Source: an uncultured Acidobacteriota bacterium (lineage in GTDB: Bacteria > Acidobacteriota > UBA6911). From it: 64,000 nt of DNA. Positions within the stretch are counted from its first letter, which is position 1; the number at the start of each line of letters is the position of its first letter. The notes below the pieces were generated by a model that did not search any database, was not told where the DNA came from, and was given only the letters and a program-made list of their open reading frames with translations. The DNA lies in the NCBI GenBank assembly GCA_963827655.1, contig CAWHCF010000023.1, positions 416,001 to 480,000 of the forward strand, written 5' to 3'. This document shows, in pieces, positions 20,643 through 30,872 of the stretch. The position numbers and the translations under genes are program-made.

Positions 20643-23393
20643 ATGAGCAGTACCAATCCACTATCGACCCAGGTTGGCGAGCTGGCCGTTTATTCCGCTG
20701 AAGCGACTGGTCAGAAGGCCGGAGGCATCCAGTTCCCCCGTCATTTTACGCACGAAGGAGTATCGCCCTACGATGACATCGAATGGGAAACCCGAACCGC
20801 CTCGATCGCGAATGAGAAGGGGGAAATCCTGTTCGAGCAGAAAGAGGTAGAAATTCCCAAAAACTGGTCGCAGACAGCGACCAATATCGTGGTCTCGAAA
20901 TATTTTCACGGGCAGATCGGCACCCCGCAGCGTGAAAGGAGTGTACGGCAATTGGTAGGACGCGTCGCCCGCACTCTGACGGAATGGGGGCGGAAAGGGG
21001 ACTATTTCGCCTCGGAAGCCGACGCGCGCACCTTTCATGACGAGCTCGCATTTCTGCTCCTCAACCAATACATGTCTTTCAACTCCCCCGTGTGGTTCAA
21101 CTGCGGGATTGAGCCCAAGCCCCAGTGCTCGGCCTGTTTTATCAACTCCGTGGACGACACGATGGAATCCATTCTGGAGCTGGCGCGGACCGAGGGGCGG
21201 CTCTTCAAATGGGGATCCGGCACTGGAACAAATCTGTCTCCTCTGCGCTCTTCCAGCGCGAGGCTATCGCGCGGCGGCATTGCCTCGGGACCGGTCAGTT
21301 TCATGAAGGGATTCGACGCGTTTGCCGGAGTGATCAAGAGCGGCGGCAAGACCCGACGCGCAGCAAAGATGGTGATCCTGAATACCGACCACCCGGACAT
21401 CGTCGAATTCATTGAGTGCAAGGCCAGGGAAGAGAAGAAAGCCTGGACGCTGATTGAGGCGGGCTATGACAGCGCGGTCGATGGAGAGGCTTACTCCAGC
21501 ATCTTTTTCCAGAACGCAAACAACAGCGTTCGGGTCACCGATTCCTTCATGAAGGCTGTCGAAGAAGATGGTTGGTGGGAAACCCGAGAGCGAAACACGG
21601 GTGAAGTGGTCCAGCGCTACAAGGCCCGGGACCTGATGCGGAAGATCGCCGACGCCACTTACGTTTGCGGTGATCCGGGGATGCAGTACGACACCACGAT
21701 CAATCGCTGGCACACCTGCAAGAGCACGGCTCCGATCAACGCTTCGAATCCGTGCTCCGAGTACATGTTTCTGGACGACTCCGCCTGCAACCTGGCATCG
21801 CTGAATTTGATGAAATTCGCCGACGACCACGGAGACTTCGATGTGACCAGCTTCCGTAAGGCTGTGGACGTGACCATAACCGCCCAGGAGATCATCGTTG
21901 ACAATGCAAGCTATCCGACGGAAAGGATTGCGCGCAACAGCCACGACTACCGTCCGCTGGGCCTGGGTTACGCGAACCTGGGCGCGCTGTTGATGTCGAA
22001 CGGGCTGGCCTACGATAGCGATCCAGGGCGAGACGTTGCCGCCGCCATTACCGCCGTCATGACGGGGCAAGCTTATCTTCAATCGGCGCGAATCGCGGCG
22101 AAACTTCACCCGTTCCCCGGCTACGAGAAAAACCACGAGCCGTTTCTCGAAGTGATCCGCATGCATCGCGACGCGGTTAAAGCCATCAATTCGAAGAATG
22201 TCCCGACAGACTTGATGCACGCCGCGCAGGAATGCTGGGACCTGGCGCTCATGGAAGGAAGGGTCCACGGATTCAAGAACGCTCAGGCGACCGTGCTGGC
22301 TCCCACAGGGACCATTGGGTTCATGATGGACTGTGACACAACCGGAATAGAGCCGGACCTCGCGCTGGTAAAGTTCAAGAAGCTCGTGGGGGGCGGTCTG
22401 ATGAAAATCGTCAACAATACTCTTCCTCTTGCGCTGGCCAGGCTGGGCTATCCGGAAATCCAGACGCGCGCGATCGTGAAGTATGTGGACGAGAATGGCA
22501 CCATTGAAGGCGCTCCCGCCATCAAGCCGGAGCATTTGCCGGTGTTTGATTGCGCCTTCAAGCCTCAGCGCGGCACGCGATCAATCGATTATATGGGTCA
22601 CGTGAAAATGATGAGCGCGGTCCAGCCGTTTATCTCGGGGGCAATCTCCAAGACCGTGAACGTTCCTGAGAACATCACGGTCGAGGAAATCATGGAAGCT
22701 TACCAGGCGGCCTGGAAAATGGGGATCAAGGCTATCGCCATCTATCGCGATAATTCGAAGCGCACCCAGCCGCTCAACGTTGCCATGGTTGACAAGGCCG
22801 AGGAAACTCCCGGTCCTGCCGCGCCTTCCGGCTTTCGACCGGTCCGCCGCAAGCTTCCTTCGGAGCGCAAGGCTATCACTCACAAATTCAGCATAGGGGG
22901 TCATGAGGGTTACATAACGGTGGGGATGTATGATGACGGCCAGCCTGGCGAGATTTTCCTGGTGATGGCGAAGGAAGGGAGCACCATTTCAGGGCTGATG
23001 GATTCATTCGCGACCGCCATTTCACTCGCGCTGCAGTACGGCGTTCCGCTCAAGGTGCTGATCGACAAGTTCTCGCACGTCCGCTTTGAACCTTCGGGAC
23101 ACACCGGTAACGCGGAAGTTCCTTACGCGAAATCGATCGTCGATTACATCTTCCGCTGGCTGGCTTCGAAGTTTCTGACTCCCGATGAGCAGGCTCGCAC
23201 GGGCGTCCACGTTCCGGATGCTGATTCCGCTCCCGAGAGCGATGGCAGCGCAACGCCTCGCTCCTTGAATGATCTCAGGTCGATGTACGCGCTGGACGAT
23301 GCGCCCACGTGCGCGAGATGCGGAAGCATCATGGTGCGCAACGGTTCCTGCTACAAGTGCATCAACTGCGGCGACACCAGCGGCTGCAGTTAA
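20643..23393 (+). CDS. nrdJ: Adenosylcobalamin-dependent (class II) ribonucleotide reductase with TSCPD domain and C-terminal Cys cluster
   Basis: FNSPVWFN, QCSACFI, SNPCSE, LGLGYANLG, APTGTI, GAISKTVN, IYRD; CxxC...CxxC tail; RBS GAGGAGG. Confidence 0.95.
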   Translation: MSSTNPLSTQVGELAVYSAEATGQKAGGIQFPRHFTHEGVSPYDDIEWETRTASIANEKGEILFEQKEVEIPKNWSQTATNIVVSKYFHGQIGTPQRERSVRQLVGRVARTLTEWGRKGDYFASEADARTFHDELAFLLLNQYMSFNSPVWFNCGIEPKPQCSACFINSVDDTMESILELARTEGRLFKWGSGTGTNLSPLRSSSARLSRGGIASGPVSFMKGFDAFAGVIKSGGKTRRAAKMVILNTDHPDIVEFIECKAREEKKAWTLIEAGYDSAVDGEAYSSIFFQNANNSVRVTDSFMKAVEEDGWWETRERNTGEVVQRYKARDLMRKIADATYVCGDPGMQYDTTINRWHTCKSTAPINASNPCSEYMFLDDSACNLASLNLMKFADDHGDFDVTSFRKAVDVTITAQEIIVDNASYPTERIARNSHDYRPLGLGYANLGALLMSNGLAYDSDPGRDVAAAITAVMTGQAYLQSARIAAKLHPFPGYEKNHEPFLEVIRMHRDAVKAINSKNVPTDLMHAAQECWDLALMEGRVHGFKNAQATVLAPTGTIGFMMDCDTTGIEPDLALVKFKKLVGGGLMKIVNNTLPLALARLGYPEIQTRAIVKYVDENGTIEGAPAIKPEHLPVFDCAFKPQRGTRSIDYMGHVKMMSAVQPFISGAISKTVNVPENITVEEIMEAYQAAWKMGIKAIAIYRDNSKRTQPLNVAMVDKAEETPGPAAPSGFRPVRRKLPSERKAITHKFSIGGHEGYITVGMYDDGQPGEIFLVMAKEGSTISGLMDSFATAISLALQYGVPLKVLIDKFSHVRFEPSGHTGNAEVPYAKSIVDYIFRWLASKFLTPDEQARTGVHVPDADSAPESDGSATPRSLNDLRSMYALDDAPTCARCGSIMVRNGSCYKCINCGDTSGCS

Positions 23394-23412
23394 GGCGTCG
23401 CGTCCGCCCTGT

Positions 23413-24048
23413 GTGGGAAAGAACAAAGGCAATTCTGACCGGGTCAATCTGCTGCTGACCGGCGCGCTCGCCATCGTCTTCATCTGGTCGGCCGTGCGCC
23501 CGCGTGATTACTTCACCTGGCTGCTCGAAGTGGCGCCGGCAATCATCGGCTTCGTCGTGCTGGCGGCGACTTACCGGAAGTTCAGATTCACACAGCTTGT
23601 TTATACCCTCTGCGCGCTTCACGCCATCGTCCTGATGGTGGGCGGTCACTACACCTACGCCGAGGTCCCCCTGTTCAACTGGATACGCGACACTTTCGGG
23701 CTGACGCGCAACCACTATGACCGGGTCGGGCACTTTGCCCAAGGGTTCGTCCCGGCCATGGTAACGCGAGAGATTCTGCTGCGCACCTCTCCCCTGCGCG
23801 CAGGCCAATGGCTCACGACGATCGTGGTCGCCGTCTGCCTCGCGATATCAGCACTGTACGAGTTGCTGGAATGGGCTGTGGCAGCGGCAACTGGAAGCGC
23901 AGCCGAGGCCTTCCTCGGAACCCAGGGTGACGTCTGGGACACCCAGAAGGACATGGCGATCTGCCTGGCCGGCGCTTTGGCGGCGCTCCTGACCCTGACC
24001 AGGATCCACGATCGCGCGCTCGCATCCCTGCATCCTGACCGGTACTGA
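23413..24048 (+). CDS. DUF2238 (YjdF-like) membrane protein
   Basis: TWLLEV, GGHYTYAEVPLF, RNHYDRVGHF, YELLEW, FLGTQGDVWDTQKDM; start approximated at GTG 23413. Confidence 0.88.
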   Translation: MGKNKGNSDRVNLLLTGALAIVFIWSAVRPRDYFTWLLEVAPAIIGFVVLAATYRKFRFTQLVYTLCALHAIVLMVGGHYTYAEVPLFNWIRDTFGLTRNHYDRVGHFAQGFVPAMVTREILLRTSPLRAGQWLTTIVVAVCLAISALYELLEWAVAAATGSAAEAFLGTQGDVWDTQKDMAICLAGALAALLTLTRIHDRALASLHPDRY

Positions 24049-24088
24049 CCGGCAAGACGCGAAACAGTGACAATGTGTCATCCCCTGT

Positions 24089-24124
24089 TTGACACTGCTT
24101 CAAGGGCCCTGCTATCCTGTGCGC
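24089..24124 (+). promoter_or_regulatory. Promoter of vapBC, leaderless architecture
   Basis: TTGACA-18 bp-TATCCT (with extended -10 TG), then 6 nt to ATG 24125; no SD. Confidence 0.6.
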
Positions 24125-24364
24125 ATGAAACGTACAAATCTTGTGCTTGATGAGCAATTGCTGGAGGAAGCGACCCGCCTTAGTGGCGAACGGACTTACT
24201 CTCGCGCCGTCGAGCGAGCACTCGAGGATTTTGTAAAGAGAATCAAAGCTCGCCAGATCCTGGAACTCGCCGGTTCTGGCCTCTGGGAGGGGGATCTGTC
24301 CGAGATGAGATCCGATCGCCCTCGCAAGCATCCCCGACGAGGCTCGGTTCGTGCTCCTCGTTGA
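24125..24364 (+). CDS. vapB: VapB-family antitoxin
   Basis: MKRTNLVLDEQLLEEA...AVERAL...LAGSGLWEGDLSEMR; overlaps the downstream PIN gene. Confidence 0.85.
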   Translation: MKRTNLVLDEQLLEEATRLSGERTYSRAVERALEDFVKRIKARQILELAGSGLWEGDLSEMRSDRPRKHPRRGSVRAPR

Positions 24365-24755
24365 TTCCTCGGTCTGGATCGAGACCTTCCGCAAACCCAG
24401 CCGTTTGGAGTTCGCTTCGATCGCCGATCTCAGCGAAGTTGTCACATGCCTGCCGATTATCCAGGAGGTTCTTCAGGGATTTCGGGATGAGCGGGCATTT
24501 CGCATCGCCCGCGAAGCCATGTGGGCCTTGCCCATTATTGAGTCGCCGTTACGTTCGGAAGTCTTCACTGAAGCCATTCATCTGTATCGGCAAGCACGCC
24601 ACGTCGGCTTGACCATCCGGTCGGGAGTCGACTGCCTGATCGCCGTCGTTGCCATCAGGCACAGCCTGGTTGTGTTACACCACAATCGCGACTTCGAAGC
24701 GCTGGCCAAGGTTTCACCGCTCGAGGCAAGGGAAGTCCTTCAAGCTGGAAAATAG
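24351..24755 (+). CDS. vapC: VapC PIN-domain toxin
   Basis: LVDSSVWI, IIQEVLQG, IRSGVDCLIA, HNRDF. Confidence 0.9.
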   Translation: MLLVDSSVWIETFRKPSRLEFASIADLSEVVTCLPIIQEVLQGFRDERAFRIAREAMWALPIIESPLRSEVFTEAIHLYRQARHVGLTIRSGVDCLIAVVAIRHSLVVLHHNRDFEALAKVSPLEAREVLQAGK

Positions 24756-24782
24756 CCGTGTCTAGCGATGAGCAACGACGCG

Positions 24783-25308
24783 TCAACGCTTCTTTTTCTT
24801 AAAGGCATCGCGGCGGATGCGTTTGATTTGCAGCAAGTGATTCAGGTCATGGCCGGCGATCATGCGCACCGTGTGGGCCACGGTTTCCCGGCCGCGCTCC
24901 TGGTGCATGTGGTAGCAATCCCACTGTTCCCTGGAAAGTCCCTTGAGCAGAGTCAGGTTGCACTGGCGCAAGGCGGTGAAGAGCGCCAGGGACTTCCTCG
25001 GATCGCGTTTCGCGTATCGCCCGACGAGAGCCCAATCGTCCTGGTCGTAGGCGTGAACGGGAGTGCCGCTCCTGGTAAGAGCCTGGCGCAAGCGCCAGCC
25101 CACCACCATCTCGGTTTCGGAAAGGTGCGCCAGGATCTCGCCGATGGACCACATGTCCGGCTCGCCGGACTTTTCGCCAGCTGCGCACGAGAGAGTCGCG
25201 TGGGTCAGCCGGGCAAGCCTTGGGGCGTCGCGAGCTGCGTTGCAAGCGCGTCCTTGCCTTCAGTGAAGCGAGGATACGCGCTTTGTACTGATCAATTGTT
25301 TCTTTCAT
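24783..25308 (-). CDS. DinB-family protein; frameshifts in the 5' part
   Basis: WSIGEILAHL, AYDQDDWA, MIAGHDLNHLLQI; the N-terminus MKETIDQYKARIL (ATG 25308) lies in a different frame. Confidence 0.75.
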
Positions 25309-25396
25309 GTTGCCGGTGTTTTTAACGCAAAGGCACCGGGGTTTCAAGGAATTCAACGAGTCGCCGAAAACCAACCTCACTCAACGAAATCCGCAG

Positions 25397-25588
25397 GATA
25401 TCAATCGGGGAAGACCCGGTTAGAACCGCGCTTACGGCCTCGGCCCGGAAGTAGCCATGCCGGTGTTTGCCAGGGGTCCTCTGGTCGGACTGGTGAATGT
25501 ACGCTACGTCTGGGAGTTCGGCGCAGAGACGAACTTCGAAGGAGGGAATTTCCTGTTCAGTTTCATCCTGGCAAGGCTCTCGCACTGA
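25397..25588 (+). pseudogene. C-terminal remnant of an outer-membrane beta-barrel (SphA / MetA-pathway phenol degradation-like)
   Basis: NRAYGLGPEV...VNVRYVWEFGAETNFEGGNFLFSF...*, preceded by an in-frame TAG; no N-terminus. Confidence 0.45.
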
Positions 25589-25669
25589 GAGCGACCTCGT
25601 GTCACTGGTCGGTGCTTCCTGCTTTCTTGGGTGCGAAACAAATACCACTAGGACACGAAGACACGAAGG

Positions 25670-25697
25670 TTCGTTCGGGGACTTCGCCCCGAACGAA
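25670..25697. repeat. Strong palindromic hairpin (REP-like or terminator)
   Basis: TTCGTTCGGGG-ACTTCG-CCCCGAACGAA, perfect 11-bp stem. Confidence 0.7.
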
Positions 25698-25761
25698 TGG
25701 CCCTTATGAACGACAACATGTTGGTTTGAACGTTTCGCTAAGCGCCTAAGACACCCAGGGT

Positions 25762-27201
25762 CTACGCCAGGAGCTTCTTCACCAGCGTTCCGCTGACGTC
25801 GGTCAGGCGGAAATCGCGACCCTGAAACCGGTAAGTAAGCTTCGTGTGGTCGAGGCCCATCAGGTTGAGGATCGTGGCGTGCAGGTCGTGCACGTGCACG
25901 CCGTCCTCGACCACGTTGTAGCCCAACTCGTCGGTCGCGCCTATCGTGATCCCTTTCTGGACTCCGGCGCCTGCCAGCCACATCGTGAAGGCGCGCGGGT
26001 GATGGTCGCGGCCCAGGAAGCGCGAGTTATTCCTCTTCTCATTCATTGGAGTGCGCCCGAACTCGCCGCCCCATACCACCAGCGTCGACTCGAGCAGCCC
26101 GCGCTGGCGAAGATCGCGGATCAGCGCGGCGGCGGCGCGGTCGGTCTCGCGGCAGCGCTGCGGAAGCGATGTGACGATGTCGTCAGACGGGCTGGTCCCG
26201 TGGCTGTCCCACCCCCGGTGGTAAAGCTGCACGAAGCGCACACCGCGCTCAACCAGCCGCCGCGCGAGCAGGCAATTGTTGGCGAACGAAACCTTCCCTG
26301 GCTCGGTGCCATACATTTCGTGGACGGCGGCGTCCTCTCGGGAAATGTCCGTGAGCTCCGGAACGCTCGCCTGCATCCGGTAGGCCATTTCGTAGGAAGC
26401 GATCCGGGTCGCGATCTCGGGATCACCCACCTCCCGGAGTTGAATCTGATTGAGGTCGCGCAGCGCGTCAAGCGAGCGCCGACGCTGGGCATCATCCATG
26501 CCCTTCGGGTTGCTTACGTAGAGCACCGGATCGCCCTGGGAGCGGAACTCGACTCCCTGATAGACACTCGGGAGAAATCCGCTGGACCAGCACGATTTTC
26601 CTCCGTCTGGCTGGCCGATACCGGAGACCAGCACGACGAATCCGGGAAACTCGCTGCTCTCGCTGCCCAGCCCATAAGTCAGCCAGGAGCCCATCGAGGG
26701 TCGCCCGATGAGCTGGTGGCCGGTGTTCATGAAGATCTGGGCGGGCGCGTGATTGAACTGGTCGGTATGCATCGAGCGCACGACCGCGATCTCGTCAGCG
26801 ACCTCTCTGAGATTGGGCAGCAGTTCCGAGATGACGGCGCCCGACTGCCCGCAGCTCTGGAACTTGTAAGGCGAGCCCAGCAGCTGCGGCACACCCTTGA
26901 TAAACGCAAACCGCTCCCCGCGGATCAGCTCCTCCGGGATGTTTTTCTCATTCAGCTCGACCAGCTTCGGTTTGTGATCGAACAGATCGAGCTGTGAGGG
27001 CGCCCCCGCCATGAAAAGAAAGATTATGTTCGTGGCCTTGGGCTTGAAATGCGGCGCTCGAGGCCGCATCGGTTCCGTTCGGGACGCGTCGCCGGCGTAA
27101 AGATTTTCGTTCCAGAGCGTCGAGAGCGCCAGGGCGCCGATGCCGAAACCGCCGGTCGCGAAAAAGTGTCTGCGCGTAATCGCTTTGAGGTTATCGTTCA
27201 T
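25762..27201 (-). CDS. DUF1501 family protein (Tat signal)
   Basis: ITRRHFF; [54 protein letters not shown]. Confidence 0.92.
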   Translation of the reverse strand: MNDNLKAITRRHFFATGGFGIGALALSTLWNENLYAGDASRTEPMRPRAPHFKPKATNIIFLFMAGAPSQLDLFDHKPKLVELNEKNIPEELIRGERFAFIKGVPQLLGSPYKFQSCGQSGAVISELLPNLREVADEIAVVRSMHTDQFNHAPAQIFMNTGHQLIGRPSMGSWLTYGLGSESSEFPGFVVLVSGIGQPDGGKSCWSSGFLPSVYQGVEFRSQGDPVLYVSNPKGMDDAQRRRSLDALRDLNQIQLREVGDPEIATRIASYEMAYRMQASVPELTDISREDAAVHEMYGTEPGKVSFANNCLLARRLVERGVRFVQLYHRGWDSHGTSPSDDIVTSLPQRCRETDRAAAALIRDLRQRGLLESTLVVWGGEFGRTPMNEKRNNSRFLGRDHHPRAFTMWLAGAGVQKGITIGATDELGYNVVEDGVHVHDLHATILNLMGLDHTKLTYRFQGRDFRLTDVSGTLVKKLLA

Positions 27202-27219
27202 GTAGTGGCGACTCCCCGA

Positions 27220-30200
27220 CTATCCTTTCGTCAGAGTCTCGTTCAAGTTCAACAGAACGTTTGCCAGCACGGTCCAGGCGGCAAACCGGCCGGTATCGCA
27301 GCCATCCGGCCGCGCCACGCCGCCTCCGGTCGCCAGTTCTTCGGCGGCCTTCGGATTTCGCTGGAAATTGCCGAGTTCTTCTTCAAACAGCCGCAGCAGT
27401 CGATCGCTCTCCTCCGTCGAAGGCCGGCGTGCCGTGCACAGACGGAAGCCGTAGCGGATCCCCTCAAGCGGGTCCGAAGGCGCCTCGATCAGGATGCGCC
27501 GGGCCAGGCCGCGCGCGGCGTCGAAGAAAACCGGATCATTGAGCGTCGTGAGAGCCTGAAGCGGCGTATTGGTTGCCGTGCGGCGCGTGCATATCAGCTC
27601 CCGGCTCGGGGCGTCGAAGGTCATGAAAGAGGGGTGAGGAGCCGTTCGGCGCCAGAAGGTATAAATTCCGCGGCGGTAACGGTCTTCGCCGGCGCTCTCG
27701 ATCCACTTATCGTCGTTGTAGACCAGATTCCAGATCCCCGCGGGCTGAGGGGGAAACACGCTGGGCCCAAACATCTTCGAGCTCAGAAGCCCGGCGATGG
27801 CCAGGGCGTTATCCCGGATCATCTCGGCTTCCAGCCGCAGCCGCGACCCGCGGGCAAACAGTCGGTTTGCCGGGTCGCGCTGAAGAAGGTCGTCGGTCAC
27901 ACGCGAGCTTTGACGGTAGGCCGCCGAGGTCACGATCAACCGGTGCAGCGCCTTCCGGCTCCACTTCTGCTGGACGAACTCGGTCGCCAGCCAGTCCAGC
28001 AACTCCGGATGACTCGGAAGTTGTCCCTGGCTGCCAAAGTCCTCCTCGGTCTCGACGATGCCCCGGCCGAAATACTGCGCCCAAATGCGATTGACCGCGA
28101 CGCGCGCCGTGAGGGGATTGACCGGGTCGACCAGCCAGCGCGCCAGCGTCAGACGGTCTGCAGACGCACCCTCCGGAAGAGGATGGAGTACGGACGGAAC
28201 CCCCGGCGTGACCTGCTTTCCCTTCGACAAGAAGCTCCCGCGAATATGCACGTACGTCTTGCGAGGCTCCGGCAACTCCTTTATCACCATCGTCGCCGGC
28301 TGCGCCAGGTCGGCCCAGAGAGAGCGGGCGTTCGATAGAGCATCGCGCAGCGATTCGAGCTTTGGGGCGATTGAACGGTAATGTGCTCGGAGTTGCTCCA
28401 GCTGCCGTCCAGAACGCTCCGTTGCCGGAATCGCCAGGATGGACTGGATACGGACCGGAATCCTGACGCTCTTGCCGGCGCCCTTCTCGGTCGTAATCGA
28501 CAGACGAAAGCGACCGATCGATTGCGCGGCTAATGCTGACTCGTGCTTCAGCCGCACCGTAATGCGCGTTCCCCCGGCGAAGCCAAACGGGTTCTCGGCG
28601 GCGAAGACCGCCTGTGTATCTTCGAGCGCGCGCATGCGGTCTACTCGCACCGACCAGCCTCTCGCGGGATCTCCGTCGAGGGCGTTCTTCACATTCGTGC
28701 CGTGCTGCGCAAACGCGTCAACGAACCGGACCGCCTGGCTACGCTCTCGAGCGCCCGCAGGCGCGATCTCAACCTCGAAACCTGTAAGAATGAAGTTTCC
28801 GTTCGGACTGCGGCTGAACCCGCCGTTGGGCAAGCCCGGGTGCATCAGCGCCTCGAGACGAACCGCCGTGATTCCGGTCTGATCGGTCTCGGTCGTCACC
28901 ACATAGCTGTCCTGCGCCGGAATCTTTCCCTGCGCCATTATTGACTGATCCTCGAGTGGCTCGAGGGCAGCGCCGGCGACTGAGACGGCCCGCGACGGCT
29001 GAAGGACGCGCCAGGAGACCAGAGACTCGGCGCCTTCACGCTCCCACGCGGCCTGTGCGGCGTCGAGCTCGGGACTCTCCTGGTCGAGGCGCTCTTCAAG
29101 CTGAAGGATCTGCTCCTCGACCTGCTTGCGGTGAGGCGCGAAACGCCTCGATGCCGGGATGGTGAAATTCGGGCCGCGGCTTCCGCGCTCGCTGCCCGGG
29201 AGCGTATTGACATCCTCTTCGGAGTTGTTGAAGAAAGCGAAGAAGCGGTAAAACTCCTCCTGCGAGAAGGGGTCGAATTTGTGGTTGTGGCACTGAGCGC
29301 AGCCGAGCGTGGTGCCGAGCCAGACCGTTGCGGTCGTGTCGACCCGGTCGACAACGGCGGCAACACGAAACTCCTCGGGATCGACACCCCCCTCCTCGTT
29401 AATCATGGTGTTGCGGTGAAAGCCGGTCGCGATCTTCTGATCATCGGTCGCGTTCGGAAGAAGATCGCCGGCGATCTGCTCGATCGTGAACTGATCGTAG
29501 GGAAGGTCGCGATTGAGCGCGTCAACGACCCAGTCGCGATAGAGCCAGATCTTGCGCCGGTCGTCCTTTTCGTACCCGTTCGTGTCGGCATAACGCGCCA
29601 GGTCGAGCCAGGGACGCGCCCAGCGCTCACCATAGCGAGGCGACGCAAGCAGCCGGTCGACGAGCTTCCCGTATGCATCAGCGTCTGTGTCGGCGAGAAA
29701 GTTATCGATTTCCGCCGGCGCGGGAGGTAGGCCGATGAGGTCCAGGCTGAGGCGGCGGATCAGGGTCTCTTTCGAGGCCTCCGGCTGAGGGGCGAGGCCT
29801 TCGCGCTCGAGGCGCGCCAGAACAAAATTGTCGATCGGGTTTCGCACCCAGCCGGCCTTGCGCACCACCGGGAGATCCGGCCGACTGGGCGGAACATAGG
29901 CCCAGTGCTTTGCGGTTTCTTTCGACTGGCTTGCCTGCGAGCCAGGCCCCTCGGGCCACGAAGCGCCCTGGTGGATCCAGGTCCTTATGCGCTCGATCTG
30001 TTGAGTCGAGAGCCCGTCACCTTCGAGCGGCATTCGAGCGCCCTGGTCGAGACCGGCAACGCGGCGGTAGAGCGTGCTCTGTTCGGCCTTGCCGGGAACG
30101 ATTACGGGGCCGGAGAGCCCTCCCTTCAATGCGGCGGCCCGGTCGTCCAGACGCAAACCCGCCCCCTGCTTCTCGGGCCCGTGGCATGAATAACAAGACG

Positions 30201-30330
30201 TCCGGAGTATGGGCTCGATTTCGCGCTGGAAGTCGATCTTTCCCTCGCCGGCCGGCCGCTGCATTGCCCCGCCGGCCAGGACTGGAAAGATCAGGAGCGT
30301 TAAAGCGTGTTTGATCGGTCTCGAGATCAT
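27220..30330 (-). CDS. Planctomycete cytochrome c / DUF1549 / DUF1553 (PSD1) protein
   Basis: CYSCH and CAQCH heme motifs; HWAY, NPIDNF, RRLSLDLIGLPP, WLDLARYADT, HPELLDWLA, TNTPLQAL; start set at ATG 30330. Confidence 0.92.
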   Translation of the reverse strand: MISRPIKHALTLLIFPVLAGGAMQRPAGEGKIDFQREIEPILRTSCYSCHGPEKQGAGLRLDDRAAALKGGLSGPVIVPGKAEQSTLYRRVAGLDQGARMPLEGDGLSTQQIERIRTWIHQGASWPEGPGSQASQSKETAKHWAYVPPSRPDLPVVRKAGWVRNPIDNFVLARLEREGLAPQPEASKETLIRRLSLDLIGLPPAPAEIDNFLADTDADAYGKLVDRLLASPRYGERWARPWLDLARYADTNGYEKDDRRKIWLYRDWVVDALNRDLPYDQFTIEQIAGDLLPNATDDQKIATGFHRNTMINEEGGVDPEEFRVAAVVDRVDTTATVWLGTTLGCAQCHNHKFDPFSQEEFYRFFAFFNNSEEDVNTLPGSERGSRGPNFTIPASRRFAPHRKQVEEQILQLEERLDQESPELDAAQAAWEREGAESLVSWRVLQPSRAVSVAGAALEPLEDQSIMAQGKIPAQDSYVVTTETDQTGITAVRLEALMHPGLPNGGFSRSPNGNFILTGFEVEIAPAGARERSQAVRFVDAFAQHGTNVKNALDGDPARGWSVRVDRMRALEDTQAVFAAENPFGFAGGTRITVRLKHESALAAQSIGRFRLSITTEKGAGKSVRIPVRIQSILAIPATERSGRQLEQLRAHYRSIAPKLESLRDALSNARSLWADLAQPATMVIKELPEPRKTYVHIRGSFLSKGKQVTPGVPSVLHPLPEGASADRLTLARWLVDPVNPLTARVAVNRIWAQYFGRGIVETEEDFGSQGQLPSHPELLDWLATEFVQQKWSRKALHRLIVTSAAYRQSSRVTDDLLQRDPANRLFARGSRLRLEAEMIRDNALAIAGLLSSKMFGPSVFPPQPAGIWNLVYNDDKWIESAGEDRYRRGIYTFWRRTAPHPSFMTFDAPSRELICTRRTATNTPLQALTTLNDPVFFDAARGLARRILIEAPSDPLEGIRYGFRLCTARRPSTEESDRLLRLFEEELGNFQRNPKAAEELATGGGVARPDGCDTGRFAAWTVLANVLLNLNETLTKG

Positions 30331-30388
30331 CGTGGGGATGATTTTATCAGACCTTTGCCGCGAAGACACAAAGGTATAATCGGACCCG

Positions 30389-30763
30389 ATGTCGAAGACA
30401 ACGACGGCGGGCGTGAAAGAACGGCTAAGCAAGGAGCGCAATATCTGGATAGCAACCGTGCGTCGCGACGGCCGGCCGCACATCGTCCCGGTCTGGTTTG
30501 CCTGCGTCGATGACCGGATCTATGTCTGCATCGAACCTCAGAGCGTGAAGGGGCGCAATCTCGCTGGCAACCAAAACGTTGCCCTGGCGCTCGAGGACGG
30601 CAGCCATCCGATCATTTGTGAAGGCGAGGGACGGTTTCTGGAACGACCCTGGCCCGAACCGGTCGTCGATGCTTTCCGCGACAAGTACGAATGGTCGATT
30701 TCTTCGGAGCGGCAGTACACCGCCCTGGTCGAAGTCACGCCGCGCAAATGGCTCAAATGGTGA
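30389..30763 (+). CDS. Pyridoxamine 5'-phosphate oxidase-like (PPOX class) protein
   Basis: WIATVRRDGRPHIVPVWF, KGRNL; TATAAT 8 nt before the ATG. Confidence 0.85.
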   Translation: MSKTTTAGVKERLSKERNIWIATVRRDGRPHIVPVWFACVDDRIYVCIEPQSVKGRNLAGNQNVALALEDGSHPIICEGEGRFLERPWPEPVVDAFRDKYEWSISSERQYTALVEVTPRKWLKW

Positions 30764-30872
30764 CTTGGCGTCTTCGTATTACACGACTGTGAAATCTTCT
30801 GACAGCTCAGCGCGGCCAGGCTTTTTGATCATTTTTGCCGCCTTCCGGGCGCGCTGAATCTGGCGGACGTGC

